64,000 nt of DNA from Candidatus Oxydemutatoraceae bacterium (GTDB lineage: Bacteria; Pseudomonadota; Gammaproteobacteria; Poriferisulfidales; Oxydemutatoraceae), in the NCBI GenBank assembly GCA_965220085.1, contig CBDCOZ010000001.1:32001-96000 (forward strand), given 5' to 3'. Positions within the stretch are counted from its first letter, which is position 1. Each line of letters starts with the position of its first letter. Positions 36,640 through 48,626 of the stretch are shown here, piece after piece. The notes below the pieces were generated by a model. It had not been told where the DNA came from and did no database searches. It saw only the letters and a list, made by a program, of their open reading frames with translations. A program made the position numbers and the translations under genes.

Positions 36640-37893
36640 GTGGGGCCACACAAAATCCGGAGAGTCTCATGCTATGCGCTTTATGATGATGTTATGACCG
36701 CCTGCAACATAGATGATATAAGGCAATTGCTGGACGATGCATCCGGTCTGGATTTGAGTGCGCCGCAGTACAATCCCACATTCATGCAAATAGCGGGGCG
36801 CCCGCACCTTGAGGATGTTATCAGCAACACGCTGCGATTCTTTATGGACCCGAAGGAGCCCCATGAACTGGGAACCTTGTTCTTGGAAGCATTGTTGGAT
36901 GCGCGGAGCGAATCGGCAAAACAGAATTGCCCCGACATATCTTCCTCCCGCGATATAAAAGTTGAGCGTGAGCATAGCACAAAGGAGAGCGGGAGTGCGC
37001 CCAGGATAGATCTATGGGTTGAAAGCGACACACATATAATCGCCATAGAGAACAAGATATACGCCGCTTCTCACAATCCATTAAAAGATTATTACGCGCA
37101 TGCTAAAGACCAATCTAAAGGGGAGCCAATCTGTTGCTACTTATGCCTGAACAGACCTAAGTTGAGCAATCAGGAATTACACAACTTTGAGGCGATTGAG
37201 TACCGAAAATTTTTGGACAAGATAGAAGGAAGGCTGGGTAACCGACTTGCTCATTCGGATCAGCAACATTACACTCCCTTTGTCTTGGACTTTCTCAGAC
37301 AATTGAAATATCTATCGGAGGGCTGCCCCATGAATGAAAGTTTGATAAACCTGTTCAAGGAACACAAAGAGCACAAGGAAGTCGCTCCAAGCTTAGTGAA
37401 CAGCATTCGTGAAGACAGCGCGCGTGTGAAAGGCGAAGTGAAAAAGGTGAAAGGCGAAGTGGAAAAGGTGGCCAAGGGGCTAACAGGTGACGGAGGCGAA
37501 GAATGGAATATATGGGCATGGGATGTTTTGCTATTACATTGTGTCTTGGTTTGTGACTATGTAAAGAAGTTTAGTGGGTCAGAAACAAAAGACATGAAAA
37601 TAGCAATAGATGCCGTGTATTCCATAACGGGTGAATGGGACATTTTCGTTTTCTCTCGTCAAGAACGGGTCTCAGATAAGCACAAGGAATTTTGGGATTC
37701 ATTAAAGTTGAAAGATGGAGATACCAAAGGTACAGATATCCCGAGCGAATATAAAGAAAAGTGGGAAGATTGGGAGAAGGAAGAGAAAGGCGCCCCGCGT
37801 GTACGGGTAGCGCACTTTGAAGGTGGCACAGGTTCCGAGGTTGTTGTTGAGTGTCTAAAGAAAGTTTTAGAACAGATCACATCGCCCGGCTAA
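36640..37893 (+). CDS. PD-(D/E)xK nuclease superfamily protein (PDDEXK_4-like)
   Basis: E...SNTLRFFMDP...HELG, RIDLWV...IAIENKI; start may be 36694. Confidence 0.8.
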   Translation: MGPHKIRRVSCYALYDDVMTACNIDDIRQLLDDASGLDLSAPQYNPTFMQIAGRPHLEDVISNTLRFFMDPKEPHELGTLFLEALLDARSESAKQNCPDISSSRDIKVEREHSTKESGSAPRIDLWVESDTHIIAIENKIYAASHNPLKDYYAHAKDQSKGEPICCYLCLNRPKLSNQELHNFEAIEYRKFLDKIEGRLGNRLAHSDQQHYTPFVLDFLRQLKYLSEGCPMNESLINLFKEHKEHKEVAPSLVNSIREDSARVKGEVKKVKGEVEKVAKGLTGDGGEEWNIWAWDVLLLHCVLVCDYVKKFSGSETKDMKIAIDAVYSITGEWDIFVFSRQERVSDKHKEFWDSLKLKDGDTKGTDIPSEYKEKWEDWEKEEKGAPRVRVAHFEGGTGSEVVVECLKKVLEQITSPG

Positions 37894-38063
37894 AAATATT
37901 CGTTAAGCAGTTTTATGTTTCGCCGTTTGGAGTGCGGTAATGTCATACATCGTACTTTTTGAACCGTTCATCGGGATTTTGTAATTTTATCGATCACAAT
38001 TTTTAGTTGTCGATAGAAATCTATCTTCGCTTGTTCATTTTTATCTGCTATGGTAGGAGCCTT

Positions 38064-38411
38064 ATGTCGCAGATAACATTTGACAGTCATCGTTTTGTAA
38101 AGGGCGCGGTTGAAACGGGCTTTAGCGAAAAGCAAGCCGAGTTTCTGGCAGCTGCTCACAGATTTTTCACCGGGCATATTGCTACGAAGGAAGATATCTT
38201 TGGCTTGGGGAAAAGAATAGATGGCTTGGAGCAAAGAATAGATAGGTTAGAGCAAAGAGTAGATGGCTTGGAGCAAAGAATGGACAGGCTAGAACAGAGA
38301 ATGGATAGCTTGGAGCAGAGAGTGGATAGTCTAGAAAAAACGATGTGGCGTATTGCTGTTATGCAAATGGGTTTTATTTCTATCTTGTTTGCTTTAATAA
38401 AGATCCTCTAG
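38064..38411 (+). CDS. DUF1640/CCDC90-like coiled-coil membrane-anchored protein
   Basis: FDSHRFVK...GFSEKQAE...ATKEDI, five LEQRxDx heptads, C-terminal TM; GGAG RBS. Confidence 0.8.
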   Translation: MSQITFDSHRFVKGAVETGFSEKQAEFLAAAHRFFTGHIATKEDIFGLGKRIDGLEQRIDRLEQRVDGLEQRMDRLEQRMDSLEQRVDSLEKTMWRIAVMQMGFISILFALIKIL

Positions 38412-38422
38412 TTAAAACCCGT

Positions 38423-38575
38423 ATCCCCCTCACCGGCTCGCTGCGTTTGCCGACTCTCCCGCGCAGGGAGAATGTTCCCCCTCACCGCTCGCTACGCTTG
38501 CCAGCTCTCCCGCGAGGGGAGAATGTTTCCCCTCACCGGCTCGCTACATCTGCCGACTCTCCCGCGCAGGGAGAG
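38423..38575. repeat. Three tandem REP-like hairpins
   Basis: CCCCTCACCGGCTCGCT...GCCGACTCTCCCGCG.AGGGAGA x3. Confidence 0.8.
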
Positions 38576-38646
38576 CGTCAGGAGTTGGTGCAGTTATAAT
38601 CTGCATGTGCGCGATAGAGCCGCCCCTTAATTAATCTGGAAACTAT

Positions 38647-40221
38647 ATGCAGTCAGAATCATCAAACCCGCTATTCCGCTCGGCTTTAGTATTTTCAGTT
38701 TTCACCACTTTCTCACGCGTGCTCGGTTACGCTCGCGACGCGGCTATCTTTATCGTCTTTGGCGCCGGTGTCGCAACCGATGCATTTCTGGTCGCTTTCA
38801 GGTTGCCGAATTTTCTCCGCCGCCTGTTTGGCGAAGGGGCGTTGTCGCAGGCTTTCGTGCCGGTGTTTCAGGAGTACCGCGACAAGAAAGGCCAAGCCGA
38901 AGCGCACGAGTTGGCAAACCGCACTGCCGGTACGCTGGGGGTTGCGGTGTCTGTCATCACTGTGGCGGGCATTCTCGCCGCGCCGATATTGATTGCTGTC
39001 TTCGCGCCGGGCTTCGTCGGCAAGGAAGAGTCTTTTGACTTGTCCGCCTACATGTTGCGGATCACTTTCCCGTATCTTTTATTCGTTTCACTGACCGCAT
39101 TGATTTCGGGCGTGGTCAATAGCTACGGCCGGTTCGGCCCGTCGGCTTTCGCGCCAGTGTTGCTCAACATCTCCCTCATCGCGGCGGCTTTGTGGCTCGC
39201 GCCATTGACTGACGAGCCGATTACCGCATTGGCGTGGGGCGTTTTGTTCGGGGGCATTATCCAACTCGCATTTCAATATGCTTTTCTCCGCCGCTTGGGC
39301 TTTAAGGCGCGCTTGCGCTTGGGCTTTGATCACCCCGGCGTGCGCCGCATCGCGCGGCTGATGACGCCGGCGGCGCTGAGCTCCGCGGTGATGCAAGTCA
39401 ATCTTCTCTTTGACACGATGATCGCCTCGTTTCTGGTCGCCGGCAGCATCAGTTGGTTGTACATTTCCGACCGCTTCGTTGAGCTTCCGCTGGCGCTGTT
39501 TGGCATTGCCATCAGCACCGTCATCCTGCCGCGCCTGTCGACTCATTATGTGCAAGAGGCGAGGAAGGAATTTCACGGCACGCTGGAGTGGGGCGTGCGC
39601 GCTTCGCTGCTGTTGGCATTGCCGTGCGTTGCCGGATTGGTGTTGCTGGCCGGGCCTATTTTCACATCGCTGGTGCAGTACCGCGAGTTCGGCGCGCACG
39701 ACACATCGATGGCAAGCATGAGCCTGATCGCATACTCGGCGGGTCTGCCCGCGTTCATGCTGGTCAAGATTCTGGCGGTCGGGTTCTACGCCTGTCAGAA
39801 CCCGGCACGCCCGATGAAGATCGCCGTCATTGCGATGCTGGCCAATGTTGTTCTGAATATCGCGCTGGTGCTCACGTGGACATATTTTGAGCGCCCGGGC
39901 GCACACGCAAGCCTGGCATTGGCGACGAGCATCGCCTCGTGGCTCAACTGTGCGTTGCTGTACCGCGCCCTCAAGCGCGAAGGGGTGTTTGTCGTGTCGC
40001 CCGACACACCGCTATTCCTCGCCAAAGTCATCGTTGCGACGCTTGTGATGAGCGCTGCGCTCTGGTGGTCGGCGCCGCCGTTGCAAGAGTGGGTCGCGCT
40101 CGGGGAATGGTGGCAGCGGATTTTGATGCTCGCAGGTTTTGTTATCTTCGGCGCGCTGATCTATCTCGCTACGCTGATACTCATGCGTGTTCGCCTGAGT
40201 GCGTTTTTGCAAACAGGCTAG
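38647..40221 (+). CDS. murJ: Lipid II flippase MurJ (MviN)
   Basis: SRVLGYARD, AFRLPNFLRRLFGEGA, DRFVELP motifs. Confidence 0.96.
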   Translation: MQSESSNPLFRSALVFSVFTTFSRVLGYARDAAIFIVFGAGVATDAFLVAFRLPNFLRRLFGEGALSQAFVPVFQEYRDKKGQAEAHELANRTAGTLGVAVSVITVAGILAAPILIAVFAPGFVGKEESFDLSAYMLRITFPYLLFVSLTALISGVVNSYGRFGPSAFAPVLLNISLIAAALWLAPLTDEPITALAWGVLFGGIIQLAFQYAFLRRLGFKARLRLGFDHPGVRRIARLMTPAALSSAVMQVNLLFDTMIASFLVAGSISWLYISDRFVELPLALFGIAISTVILPRLSTHYVQEARKEFHGTLEWGVRASLLLALPCVAGLVLLAGPIFTSLVQYREFGAHDTSMASMSLIAYSAGLPAFMLVKILAVGFYACQNPARPMKIAVIAMLANVVLNIALVLTWTYFERPGAHASLALATSIASWLNCALLYRALKREGVFVVSPDTPLFLAKVIVATLVMSAALWWSAPPLQEWVALGEWWQRILMLAGFVIFGALIYLATLILMRVRLSAFLQTG

Positions 40222-40245
40222 GCACAAACAACGGCATAGCGCCGC

Positions 40246-40443
40246 TTAACGAAACAGGTTGAAGACGATTGTCAGAATAATGCTGATGATGATGCAAGTC
40301 ACGATGGGAAAGACAAACGAGACATTTTCCGACTGGTGGAAAATGTCTCCTGGCAAGCGCCCGAACGGAAGTTTGCCGAGGCAGGGGTAGAGGATTCCGA
40401 TCAGGACGAGGACGATACCGGCGATGATGATGGCTTTTTGCAT
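40246..40443 (-). CDS. DUF2905 small membrane protein
   Basis: GRLPGDI...FPIVTCIIISIILT motif. Confidence 0.85.
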   Translation of the reverse strand: MQKAIIIAGIVLVLIGILYPCLGKLPFGRLPGDIFHQSENVSFVFPIVTCIIISIILTIVFNLFR

Positions 40444-40447
40444 CGTA

Positions 40448-40639
40448 TCAAGCGGACGAGCGGGCAAGCAGTTCCTCGACCATGTTTCTAAACGCATCAT
40501 CCACTGTGAAGCAGCGCCCGTTTTCTTCGTGTAGCGAGGAGCCGTCGGCATGGAATCGCAGGATATGCCGATGGAAGGATCGCACATCCCTCACTTCGTA
40601 GTCAACACCGTTATTGTCTTTTATCGTTAATGGCTTCAT
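40448..40639 (-). CDS. Small hypothetical protein
   Basis: 63-aa ORF fitting between tRNA-Arg and DUF2905. Confidence 0.5.
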   Translation of the reverse strand: MKPLTIKDNNGVDYEVRDVRSFHRHILRFHADGSSLHEENGRCFTVDDAFRNMVEELLARSSA

Positions 40640-40657
40640 CCGCACCCCCTTGCAATA

Positions 40658-40734
40658 TGGCGCGCCCGAGAGGATTCGAACCCCTGACTTCTGCCTCCGG
40701 AGGGCAGCGCTCTATCCGGCTGAGCTACGGGCGC
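40658..40734 (-). tRNA. tRNA-Arg(CCG)
   Basis: 77 nt, CCA end, GGTTCGAATCC T-arm, anticodon arm CTGCC-CTCCGGA-GGCAG. Confidence 0.97.
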
Positions 40735-40743
40735 ACGATGTGC

Positions 40744-40819
<76 letters not shown>

Positions 40820-40859
40820 CGACGCACAGGGTATCACTTTACTTCACCTGAGCCCTTTG

Positions 40860-41057
40860 CTCAATATGTCGCCCAATATGCCGCCTATATCCGGCATGCG
40901 GTGTGCGCTTGGAGCGCTTGTCGCAACGCAACTCCTCAATATGTCGCTCAATATGCCGCCCAATATGCGCCTATATCCGGCATGCGGTGTGCGCTCGGAG
41001 CGCTTGTCGCAGCGCAACTCCTCAATATGCCGCCTATATCCGATGTGCGGTGTGCGT
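40860..41057. repeat. Imperfect tandem repeat that includes the 3' end of coq7
   Basis: CTCAATATG..GCCTATATCCG..ATGCGGTGTGCG units, about 2.5 copies. Confidence 0.8.
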
Positions 41058-41672
41058 CATGATTTTGGCGGCAGAGCGCATCAGCAATTTAAGCGGCGGC
41101 GGCAGTTCCTGCGCGCTGTTGCGCCTCGCGCTCTCGGCGTGTCCCGCCTCGTCAACCTGTATCTGTTTGATAATCGCGATGGTGGCGACATCGTTTTGCG
41201 AAATCCTATCGATATGCGACTGCAAGTGCTCAACGACTTGCTCCTCGGTTTCCCGAACAAAGGCGTGGTTCCAACGATTGCCGAAGGCGCCGGCGACGAT
41301 CCCGATCAAAACCGAGTTGATGTACCAGAACGGGGAGAGCAGGCTTACGTGTCCGCCGAGTTGGTCTATGCGCGCGAGGCACCAGCGCAGGTGGTCGGAT
41401 TCTTCGTGCGCGTTTTGCAACATGTAATCGCGCGTTTTCTCATCGCGGGCGACGAAGGCCTGACCGTGGTAGAGCCCCTGTGCCGCTATCTCGCCGGCGT
41501 GATTGACCCGCATCAGGCGCGCCGAGTATGTTTTTTCCTCATCGCTGAGCCGCCCTTCTCGGATACCCGCAGCGGGATATTCGCGCCCGCTGCCCGCGGC
41601 GGCGCCGCTTAAGGTGCGCAAGACGGTATCCGCCTTTGCGATCAATCCGTCCAAAGGGCTGTGGCGAATCAT
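41034..41672 (-). CDS. coq7: Demethoxyubiquinone hydroxylase (di-iron)
   Basis: LMRVNHAGEIAAQGLYHGQ, EESDHL, ETEEQVVEHL, DEAGH. Confidence 0.95.
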   Translation of the reverse strand: MIRHSPLDGLIAKADTVLRTLSGAAAGSGREYPAAGIREGRLSDEEKTYSARLMRVNHAGEIAAQGLYHGQAFVARDEKTRDYMLQNAHEESDHLRWCLARIDQLGGHVSLLSPFWYINSVLIGIVAGAFGNRWNHAFVRETEEQVVEHLQSHIDRISQNDVATIAIIKQIQVDEAGHAESARRNSAQELPPPLKLLMRSAAKIMTHTAHRI

Positions 41673-42904
41673 GGCGTCGCCTCGCGCTCCGGCTTGTGTT
41701 GCTGGCAGAGCAGCACGATAGGGTGCATCACGGGAATGTCTGTGTCTTGCGCGCGCAACGCGCGGCGAAAGTGCATCGCACAACCGGTGTTAGACGTCAG
41801 CAGCATACGCGCGCCGCTTGCGCGCAAGTCCGCGACCTTTTCTCGTATCAGCATCTCGCCGGTCTCCAACGATTTCAGAACATGCGCGCCGCCGGCGCCG
41901 CAACAGCCGGTCTTATCGGGCAGCGCCGTGACTTTAAGCCGCGGAATCTGTCGCAGCAGGCGCAACGGCGCATCGGCTTGCTCAAGCGCCGCGCACGCGG
42001 TGCACGGAGTGTGCAAGGCGACGGTCGCATCGAGCGGCGCGAACGTCAAGCCGTCCTGTTGCAGCAGAAAATCGTGAATGTCACAGTGGCGGGCGCCCGC
42101 TTGTTGCCAATGCGCGCCGCAACCGGTTGCGACCGAGACGATGGTGTCATGACCGAATGCCGCAAAGTTCTTGCGCATGCATTGTTGTGCCGTCTCCGTA
42201 TCGCCGTTGTGCTGATAGAGCGCGCCGCAACAAGCCTGCCGCGAGGGTGTCTTGACGGCAAAGCCGCTGGCGCGAATGAGGCAGCGGGCGGCGGCCAAAG
42301 TCGGGCCTTCGCTGAGCCTGCCAACGCAACCGGCAAACAGGGACACTTCGCCCTTGTCGGCATTGCCGGACGCGCGATAGCGGCGTCGCGGCAGCGTTTG
42401 CGGGAGCATAGACTCAAGCGCTGCGAGACGGGTGTTGCGCCCGAGCAACCGCAACTTGCGCGCCGCTTTTTGCTTATGGCTGTATTGCCACAGCCAAACG
42501 CACCAACCGAGAAACTTCATCGCCCATGTATGTCGCACCGGATAATCCAGCCAGCGCGGCAAGGGCGGCAACGCTTGTTGCCGCCGCAACAACGCCTTGG
42601 CATCGTCTATCATCTGCGTATACGGAACATTGCTCGGGCACGCGCGTTCGCAACGACCGCAGTGAAGACACCGTTCAAGGTGCATGGTCAGCGTTTGATC
42701 CGCCGCAAGTTTGGCGGAGGCCAATGCCTGCATCAGCATGACCCGTCCGCGCGGCGAGTCGGTCTCGTTGCGGGTGACCGCATAGGTGGGGCATTCCTTC
42801 AGGCACAGGCCGCAAGCCACACAGCGGTCGGCGCCGAGGGTTAATCGCTGCGCGGTATCCGCGGGGATAGCGCTCTGGCTTGCATCGTTTGCAATACTCA
42901 TCAT
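41669..42904 (-). CDS. GlcF-like Fe-S protein with CCG domains
   Basis: Two CxxCxxCxxxCP motifs, SPRGR, two CCG motifs. Confidence 0.85.
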   Translation of the reverse strand: MMSIANDASQSAIPADTAQRLTLGADRCVACGLCLKECPTYAVTRNETDSPRGRVMLMQALASAKLAADQTLTMHLERCLHCGRCERACPSNVPYTQMIDDAKALLRRQQALPPLPRWLDYPVRHTWAMKFLGWCVWLWQYSHKQKAARKLRLLGRNTRLAALESMLPQTLPRRRYRASGNADKGEVSLFAGCVGRLSEGPTLAAARCLIRASGFAVKTPSRQACCGALYQHNGDTETAQQCMRKNFAAFGHDTIVSVATGCGAHWQQAGARHCDIHDFLLQQDGLTFAPLDATVALHTPCTACAALEQADAPLRLLRQIPRLKVTALPDKTGCCGAGGAHVLKSLETGEMLIREKVADLRASGARMLLTSNTGCAMHFRRALRAQDTDIPVMHPIVLLCQQHKPEREATP

Positions 42905-42942
42905 AATGTCAGGATAGCACTTTTATGGGGATTTGTGATGCA

Positions 42943-43434
42943 ATGATAAAAATTACTGTACTGGCGACCGGCGGCACATTTGACAAAAACTACTGCGACG
43001 ATCTGAGCGATTATCGTATCGGAAAACCGCAGGTAACGGAAATCTTGCAACAGGCGAATGTCGGCTTTGAGACGGTTGTGGAGGCCATCATCGGCAAAGA
43101 CAGCCTTGATATGACCGCCGAAGATCGGCGTCTTTTGTATCAGCGGGTGGCCGAGGATACGAACTCAAGAGTCGTGATCACGCACGGCACCGACACCATG
43201 GTTGAAACGGCACAGGCGCTTGCGCCCATCAAAGACAAGACGATCGTGATCACCGGCGCTATGCAACCGGCGCGGTTTAGGAATACCGATGCGCACTTCA
43301 ACGCTGGCTTTGCCTTTGCCGCCGTGCGCCTGCTCCCAGCGGGGGTTTATATTGCCATGAACGGCCTGATTCTAAACCCAGAAGAGGCGGTCAAAAACCG
43401 CGCCCAAGCGCGCTTTGAACGGCGCAAGCCCTGA
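42943..43434 (+). CDS. Asparaginase N-terminal domain protein
   Basis: ATGGTFDK and THGTDTM motifs. Confidence 0.9.
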   Translation: MIKITVLATGGTFDKNYCDDLSDYRIGKPQVTEILQQANVGFETVVEAIIGKDSLDMTAEDRRLLYQRVAEDTNSRVVITHGTDTMVETAQALAPIKDKTIVITGAMQPARFRNTDAHFNAGFAFAAVRLLPAGVYIAMNGLILNPEEAVKNRAQARFERRKP

Positions 43435-43465
43435 TGCGCGGCTTGCGCGCGGCGCTTGTCTCGCC

Positions 43466-43491
43466 CTTGAAATTTTTCCGGCTGTCCCCAT
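43466..43491 (+). promoter_or_regulatory. Sigma32 (RpoH) promoter
   Basis: CTTGAAA-N13-CCCCAT upstream of hsp20-degQ. Confidence 0.8.
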
Positions 43492-43544
43492 CTGTATGCC
43501 TGTCAGCAGAGTTTAGACTGACAATCTGAAACGGAGGAAAAGCA

Positions 43545-43970
43545 ATGTATATGACAAACTACGATCCATTTTTCGGAGATGCGCTGAGAAAATTCTTTCT
43601 CAATCCGGTGTCAGCGGAAGCCGGCGAAGGCAATTACCTGACGCCTGCGGTTGACATCAAGGAAGACGAGTCAAAGTGGACTTTTCTGATCAATGTGCCG
43701 GGCGTCAAACCCGCCGACATCAATGTACACGTTGAAGACGGCGACCTTTTGGTGGAAGCACATCGCGAGGAAGAGCACAAAGAAGAAAAGGGCAAATACA
43801 CCCATGTTGAGCGCTGCGAGGGCGGCTATAAAAGACGCTTCTCCCTGCCGACTTCCGCCGATGCCAACGGCATTTCCGCCAAGGCGGACAACGGTGTCTT
43901 GAGCATCACAGTGCGGAAGAAAGAAGAAGTGCAACCGAAGAAGATAGCGGTGGACGTCGCCAACGGCTAA
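43545..43970 (+). CDS. Hsp20/alpha-crystallin small heat-shock protein
   Basis: PAVDIKE, VPGV, ER..G.YKRRFSLP, NGVLSI. Confidence 0.95.
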   Translation: MYMTNYDPFFGDALRKFFLNPVSAEAGEGNYLTPAVDIKEDESKWTFLINVPGVKPADINVHVEDGDLLVEAHREEEHKEEKGKYTHVERCEGGYKRRFSLPTSADANGISAKADNGVLSITVRKKEEVQPKKIAVDVANG

Positions 43971-43983
43971 ACCGCCAAACTAT

Positions 43984-44022
43984 AAAGCGCCATGTCTTGT
44001 CCGAGGCGTGGCGCTTTTGTTT
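43984..44022 (+). terminator. Rho-independent terminator
   Basis: AAAGCGCCATG...CGTGGCGCTTTTGTTT. Confidence 0.7.
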
Positions 44023-44072
44023 TATACTTTCCGAACCATTTCACCATCGCTTGCAAGCAAACTGATTAGACT

Positions 44073-45455
<1,383 letters not shown>

Positions 45456-45889
45456 GCGCCGCCCGCGGCAGGCAAGCGCCCGTCGCCTGTAACGCCCGCA
45501 AAGCCGACATCATCCTGTCGGTCAACCGCCGCCCGGTTTCCGACTTTGACGAAATGGAGACCGTCATAGAGCGCGACAAAGCGCTGTTGTTGCGCCTGCA
45601 ACGCGACGGCAAGGTCATCTTTTACGCCCTGCGCCCGTAGGCGCCGCCCGCGGCAGGCAAGCGCCCGTCGCCTGTAACGCCCGCAAAGACGACATCATCC
45701 TGTCGGTCAACCGCCGCCCGGTTTCCGACTTTGACGAAATGGAGGCCGTCATAGAGCGCGACAAAGCGCTGTTGTTGCGCCTGCAACGCGACGGCAAGGT
45801 CATCTTTTACGCCCTGCGCCCGTAGGCGCCGCCCGCGGCAGGCAAGCGCCCGTCGCCCGCTCAGCGCAACGATCTGCGCAAAGACGCGC

Positions 45890-46342
45890 CTATGCGGAGT
45901 ACGGCTTGGACGAATGGTGCGCCGCTATCCTGAGCCCGTCGCCGCTTTTCTCATACATAATGGTGTATTCCATCACCGCCATGTCGCCGTCGTTCGGCTG
46001 AAAATAGTACACCCCTCCGGCGATGGCGATGTCGTCTTTCAAAATGATAGCGGTATTGTCAAAACGTATATCGCGAAAACCGACCAGCGCAAAACCGGTG
46101 TCCTCGGGGTAGTCCGGATTGCCGCCGATGAAATACGAGACGAACCCGGCCTCGCTGTTGCGAAACGGAATCTTGGCCGCTCGCGTCGGTTTGAAAGACA
46201 ACTCATCGTTGTTATAAAGCGTCCTAAAAAACTCTTTTGCTTTTGCTTCCAGCGCGGCGCGGTCGTCTTTTAAGGGGCTCAAAGCCATTATAAATTCCTT
46301 CCACGCATTCTGCGCCGCCAAAACTTCTTCTGTTTGAATCAT
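45890..46342 (-). CDS. NTF2-like protein, probable COG4337/iota-class carbonic anhydrase
   Basis: FKPT, SYFIGG, DTGFAL, G.YYF, EYT and C-terminal HHSS.PY motifs. Confidence 0.65.
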   Translation of the reverse strand: MIQTEEVLAAQNAWKEFIMALSPLKDDRAALEAKAKEFFRTLYNNDELSFKPTRAAKIPFRNSEAGFVSYFIGGNPDYPEDTGFALVGFRDIRFDNTAIILKDDIAIAGGVYYFQPNDGDMAVMEYTIMYEKSGDGLRIAAHHSSKPYSA

Positions 46343-46497
46343 GATGCTCTCCTTAATCTCGCTTGTAATAAGAAGCCCGAATGTCATCGGGGCGAATCGC
46401 CATTATAAAAGAATCCGCGCCTTCGGCTTCCCCGCGCACTCCGAACGGTGTCCGCGTCCGCCGTCCGCACCCGCCGCCGTCCGCAAACATCCTTGCA

Positions 46498-46731
46498 TTA
46501 TCCGCCGGTCACTGGCGGGAAGAATGCGACTTCATCGCCGTCGCGCACGGCTGTTTCGTCTTTGGCGTACTCATAGTTGACCGCGCACAGCGCGTCTTTG
46601 AAGGCGTCGCTGTCGATGCCCAGCGCGCGCCGGACATCGGCGACGGTTGCGATGCCGCCGTCATCCAGCGCGCATCCGTCGCACTTGAGTTCCTCGCGCA
46701 ACGATGCAAAGTATTTGATTGTTATTGCCAT
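46498..46731 (-). CDS. moaD: Molybdopterin synthase sulfur carrier
   Basis: YFASLRE...GDEVAFFPPVTGG. Confidence 0.95.
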   Translation of the reverse strand: MAITIKYFASLREELKCDGCALDDGGIATVADVRRALGIDSDAFKDALCAVNYEYAKDETAVRDGDEVAFFPPVTGG

Positions 46732-46843
46732 ATCTTTTGACTGTGAATCGGCCGCATGATGCATCCATATTATGATTTTACCGCTTCATATCATAATATG
46801 GGTTTCCCTGCCGGCGCAGGGGCGATACATACAGAGAAAGAAG

Positions 46844-47338
46844 ATGACCGATTTCACTCATTTTGACAAGGGCGGCAAGGCGCGGATGGTCAATGTCGGG
46901 GCGAAGGACTTGACGCAACGTAGCGCGATTGCCGAGGGCCGCATCGCGATGGCGCAAAAGACGCTGGACGGCATTCGCGCGGGCGCGCACGGCAAGGGCG
47001 ATGTGCTCGCTGTCGCGCGGCTGGCGGGTATCATGGGCGCGAAGAAGACCGCCGATTTGATACCGCTGTGTCATCCGCTGAGCCTGAGCGGCATCACCGT
47101 TGATTTTGCAACGAGCGATGCGCCGCCGGCGGTGATGTGCCGGGCGCGTGTTGAGACCTGCGACCGCACGGGGGTCGAGATGGAAGCGCTGACCGCGGTG
47201 CAAGCGGCGCTGCTGACGATTTATGATATGTGCAAGTCGGCCGACCGCGGCATGACGATGGGCGGCATCGCGCTGATAGAAAAGCGCGGCGGCAAGTCGG
47301 GCACCTGGCGGCGCGGCGACGACGATACGCCGGCATGA
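46844..47338 (+). CDS. moaC: Cyclic pyranopterin monophosphate synthase
   Basis: [22 protein letters not shown]. Confidence 0.96.
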   Translation: MTDFTHFDKGGKARMVNVGAKDLTQRSAIAEGRIAMAQKTLDGIRAGAHGKGDVLAVARLAGIMGAKKTADLIPLCHPLSLSGITVDFATSDAPPAVMCRARVETCDRTGVEMEALTAVQAALLTIYDMCKSADRGMTMGGIALIEKRGGKSGTWRRGDDDTPA

Positions 47339-47384
47339 CGGGCTCGTTTTGCTGTTCGGCAAACAACAGACAGACTTTTTAACT

Positions 47385-48626
47385 ATGGCGATAGCGGGAA
47401 AACATATTTTGCTGGGTGTGTGCGGCAGTGTCGCGGCATACAAGGCGGCGCTCTTGTTGCGCGAGTTGCGGCGTCACGGCGCCGATGTGCGCGTTGTGAT
47501 GACGGCGGGTGCGAAAGAGTTTGTCACGCCGCTTACGTTTCAGGCCCTGTCGGGGCATCCGGTTGAGGAACACGCGTTTGACGGCGCCGGCGACGACGGG
47601 ATGAAGCACATCGCGCTGGCGCGCTGGGCGGATATGGTGTTGCTGGCGCCGGCGACTGCGAATGTGCTGGCGAAGCTGGCGCACGGCTTGGCGGATGATT
47701 TGCTGACGATGGTGTGTGTGGCGCAAGACACGCCGTTGGCGATAGCGCCGGCGATGAACCGGCAGATGTGGGAGCATCCGGCGACGCGCGACAATGCGAA
47801 GATATTGCAACAACGCGGGGCGAGGCTGTTAGGCCCGGCGCGCGGCGAGCAAGCGTGCGGCGATACCGGCGCCGGCAGGATGATGGAGCCCGCTGCGATA
47901 GCAGATGCGTTGATGAACTCGCCCGCCAGGGGGCGGCTTGCCGGACGGCGGCTTGTCATCACGGCCGGGCCTACGCACGAGGCGATCGATCCGGTTCGTT
48001 ACATCACGAACCGCAGTTCGGGCAAGATGGGTTTTGCGCTGGCGCGCGCTGCGGTCGCGCTGGATGCCGAGGTGGTGTTGGTGGCCGGGCCGGTGCGGTT
48101 GGCAACGCCCGCAAACGTGCGGCGCGCGGATGTGACGAGCGCCGATGAGATGGCGCGGGCGGCGTTGCGCGAGGCGCCGGGCGCCGATATTTTTATCGGT
48201 TGTGCCGCAGTCGGCGATTATCGCCCGGCACAGGTCAGTGACAAGAAGTTTAAGCGCGGCGACAGCGCCCTGTCCCTTGAGTTGGTTCCCGTCGCGGACA
48301 TACTCAAGGCGGTCGCCGCGCAGTCGCCGCATCCGTTTGTGGTCGGCTTTGCCGCCGAGACCGAGCGCCTTGCGGCGAATGCCAAACAGAAATTATTGGA
48401 GAAAAATCTGGATATCATCTTTGCCAATCGTGTCGGTTCGCGCCTTGACACCGGCTTTGACGGCGAGGACAACGAAGTGACGGCGTATTGGCGCGGCGGC
48501 GAGGCGGCGTTTGGCAAGGCGAGCAAGTCGGCGCTCGCCGGGCAGTTGATGGACTTGGTGGCCGAACATTTTTTGGCCCGGGTTGCGGACAATGGAGAAA
48601 CAAAAGGTACAACTCAAAATTCTTGA
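47385..48626 (+). CDS. coaBC: Phosphopantothenoylcysteine decarboxylase/ligase
   Basis: [36 protein letters not shown]. Confidence 0.96.
   Translation: MAIAGKHILLGVCGSVAAYKAALLLRELRRHGADVRVVMTAGAKEFVTPLTFQALSGHPVEEHAFDGAGDDGMKHIALARWADMVLLAPATANVLAKLAHGLADDLLTMVCVAQDTPLAIAPAMNRQMWEHPATRDNAKILQQRGARLLGPARGEQACGDTGAGRMMEPAAIADALMNSPARGRLAGRRLVITAGPTHEAIDPVRYITNRSSGKMGFALARAAVALDAEVVLVAGPVRLATPANVRRADVTSADEMARAALREAPGADIFIGCAAVGDYRPAQVSDKKFKRGDSALSLELVPVADILKAVAAQSPHPFVVGFAAETERLAANAKQKLLEKNLDIIFANRVGSRLDTGFDGEDNEVTAYWRGGEAAFGKASKSALAGQLMDLVAEHFLARVADNGETKGTTQNS

Noticed and set aside
38423-38575. Triple repeat as a CRISPR array
   Set aside because: No unique spacers; belongs to the REP-like family seen at 8-372 and 8031-8241.
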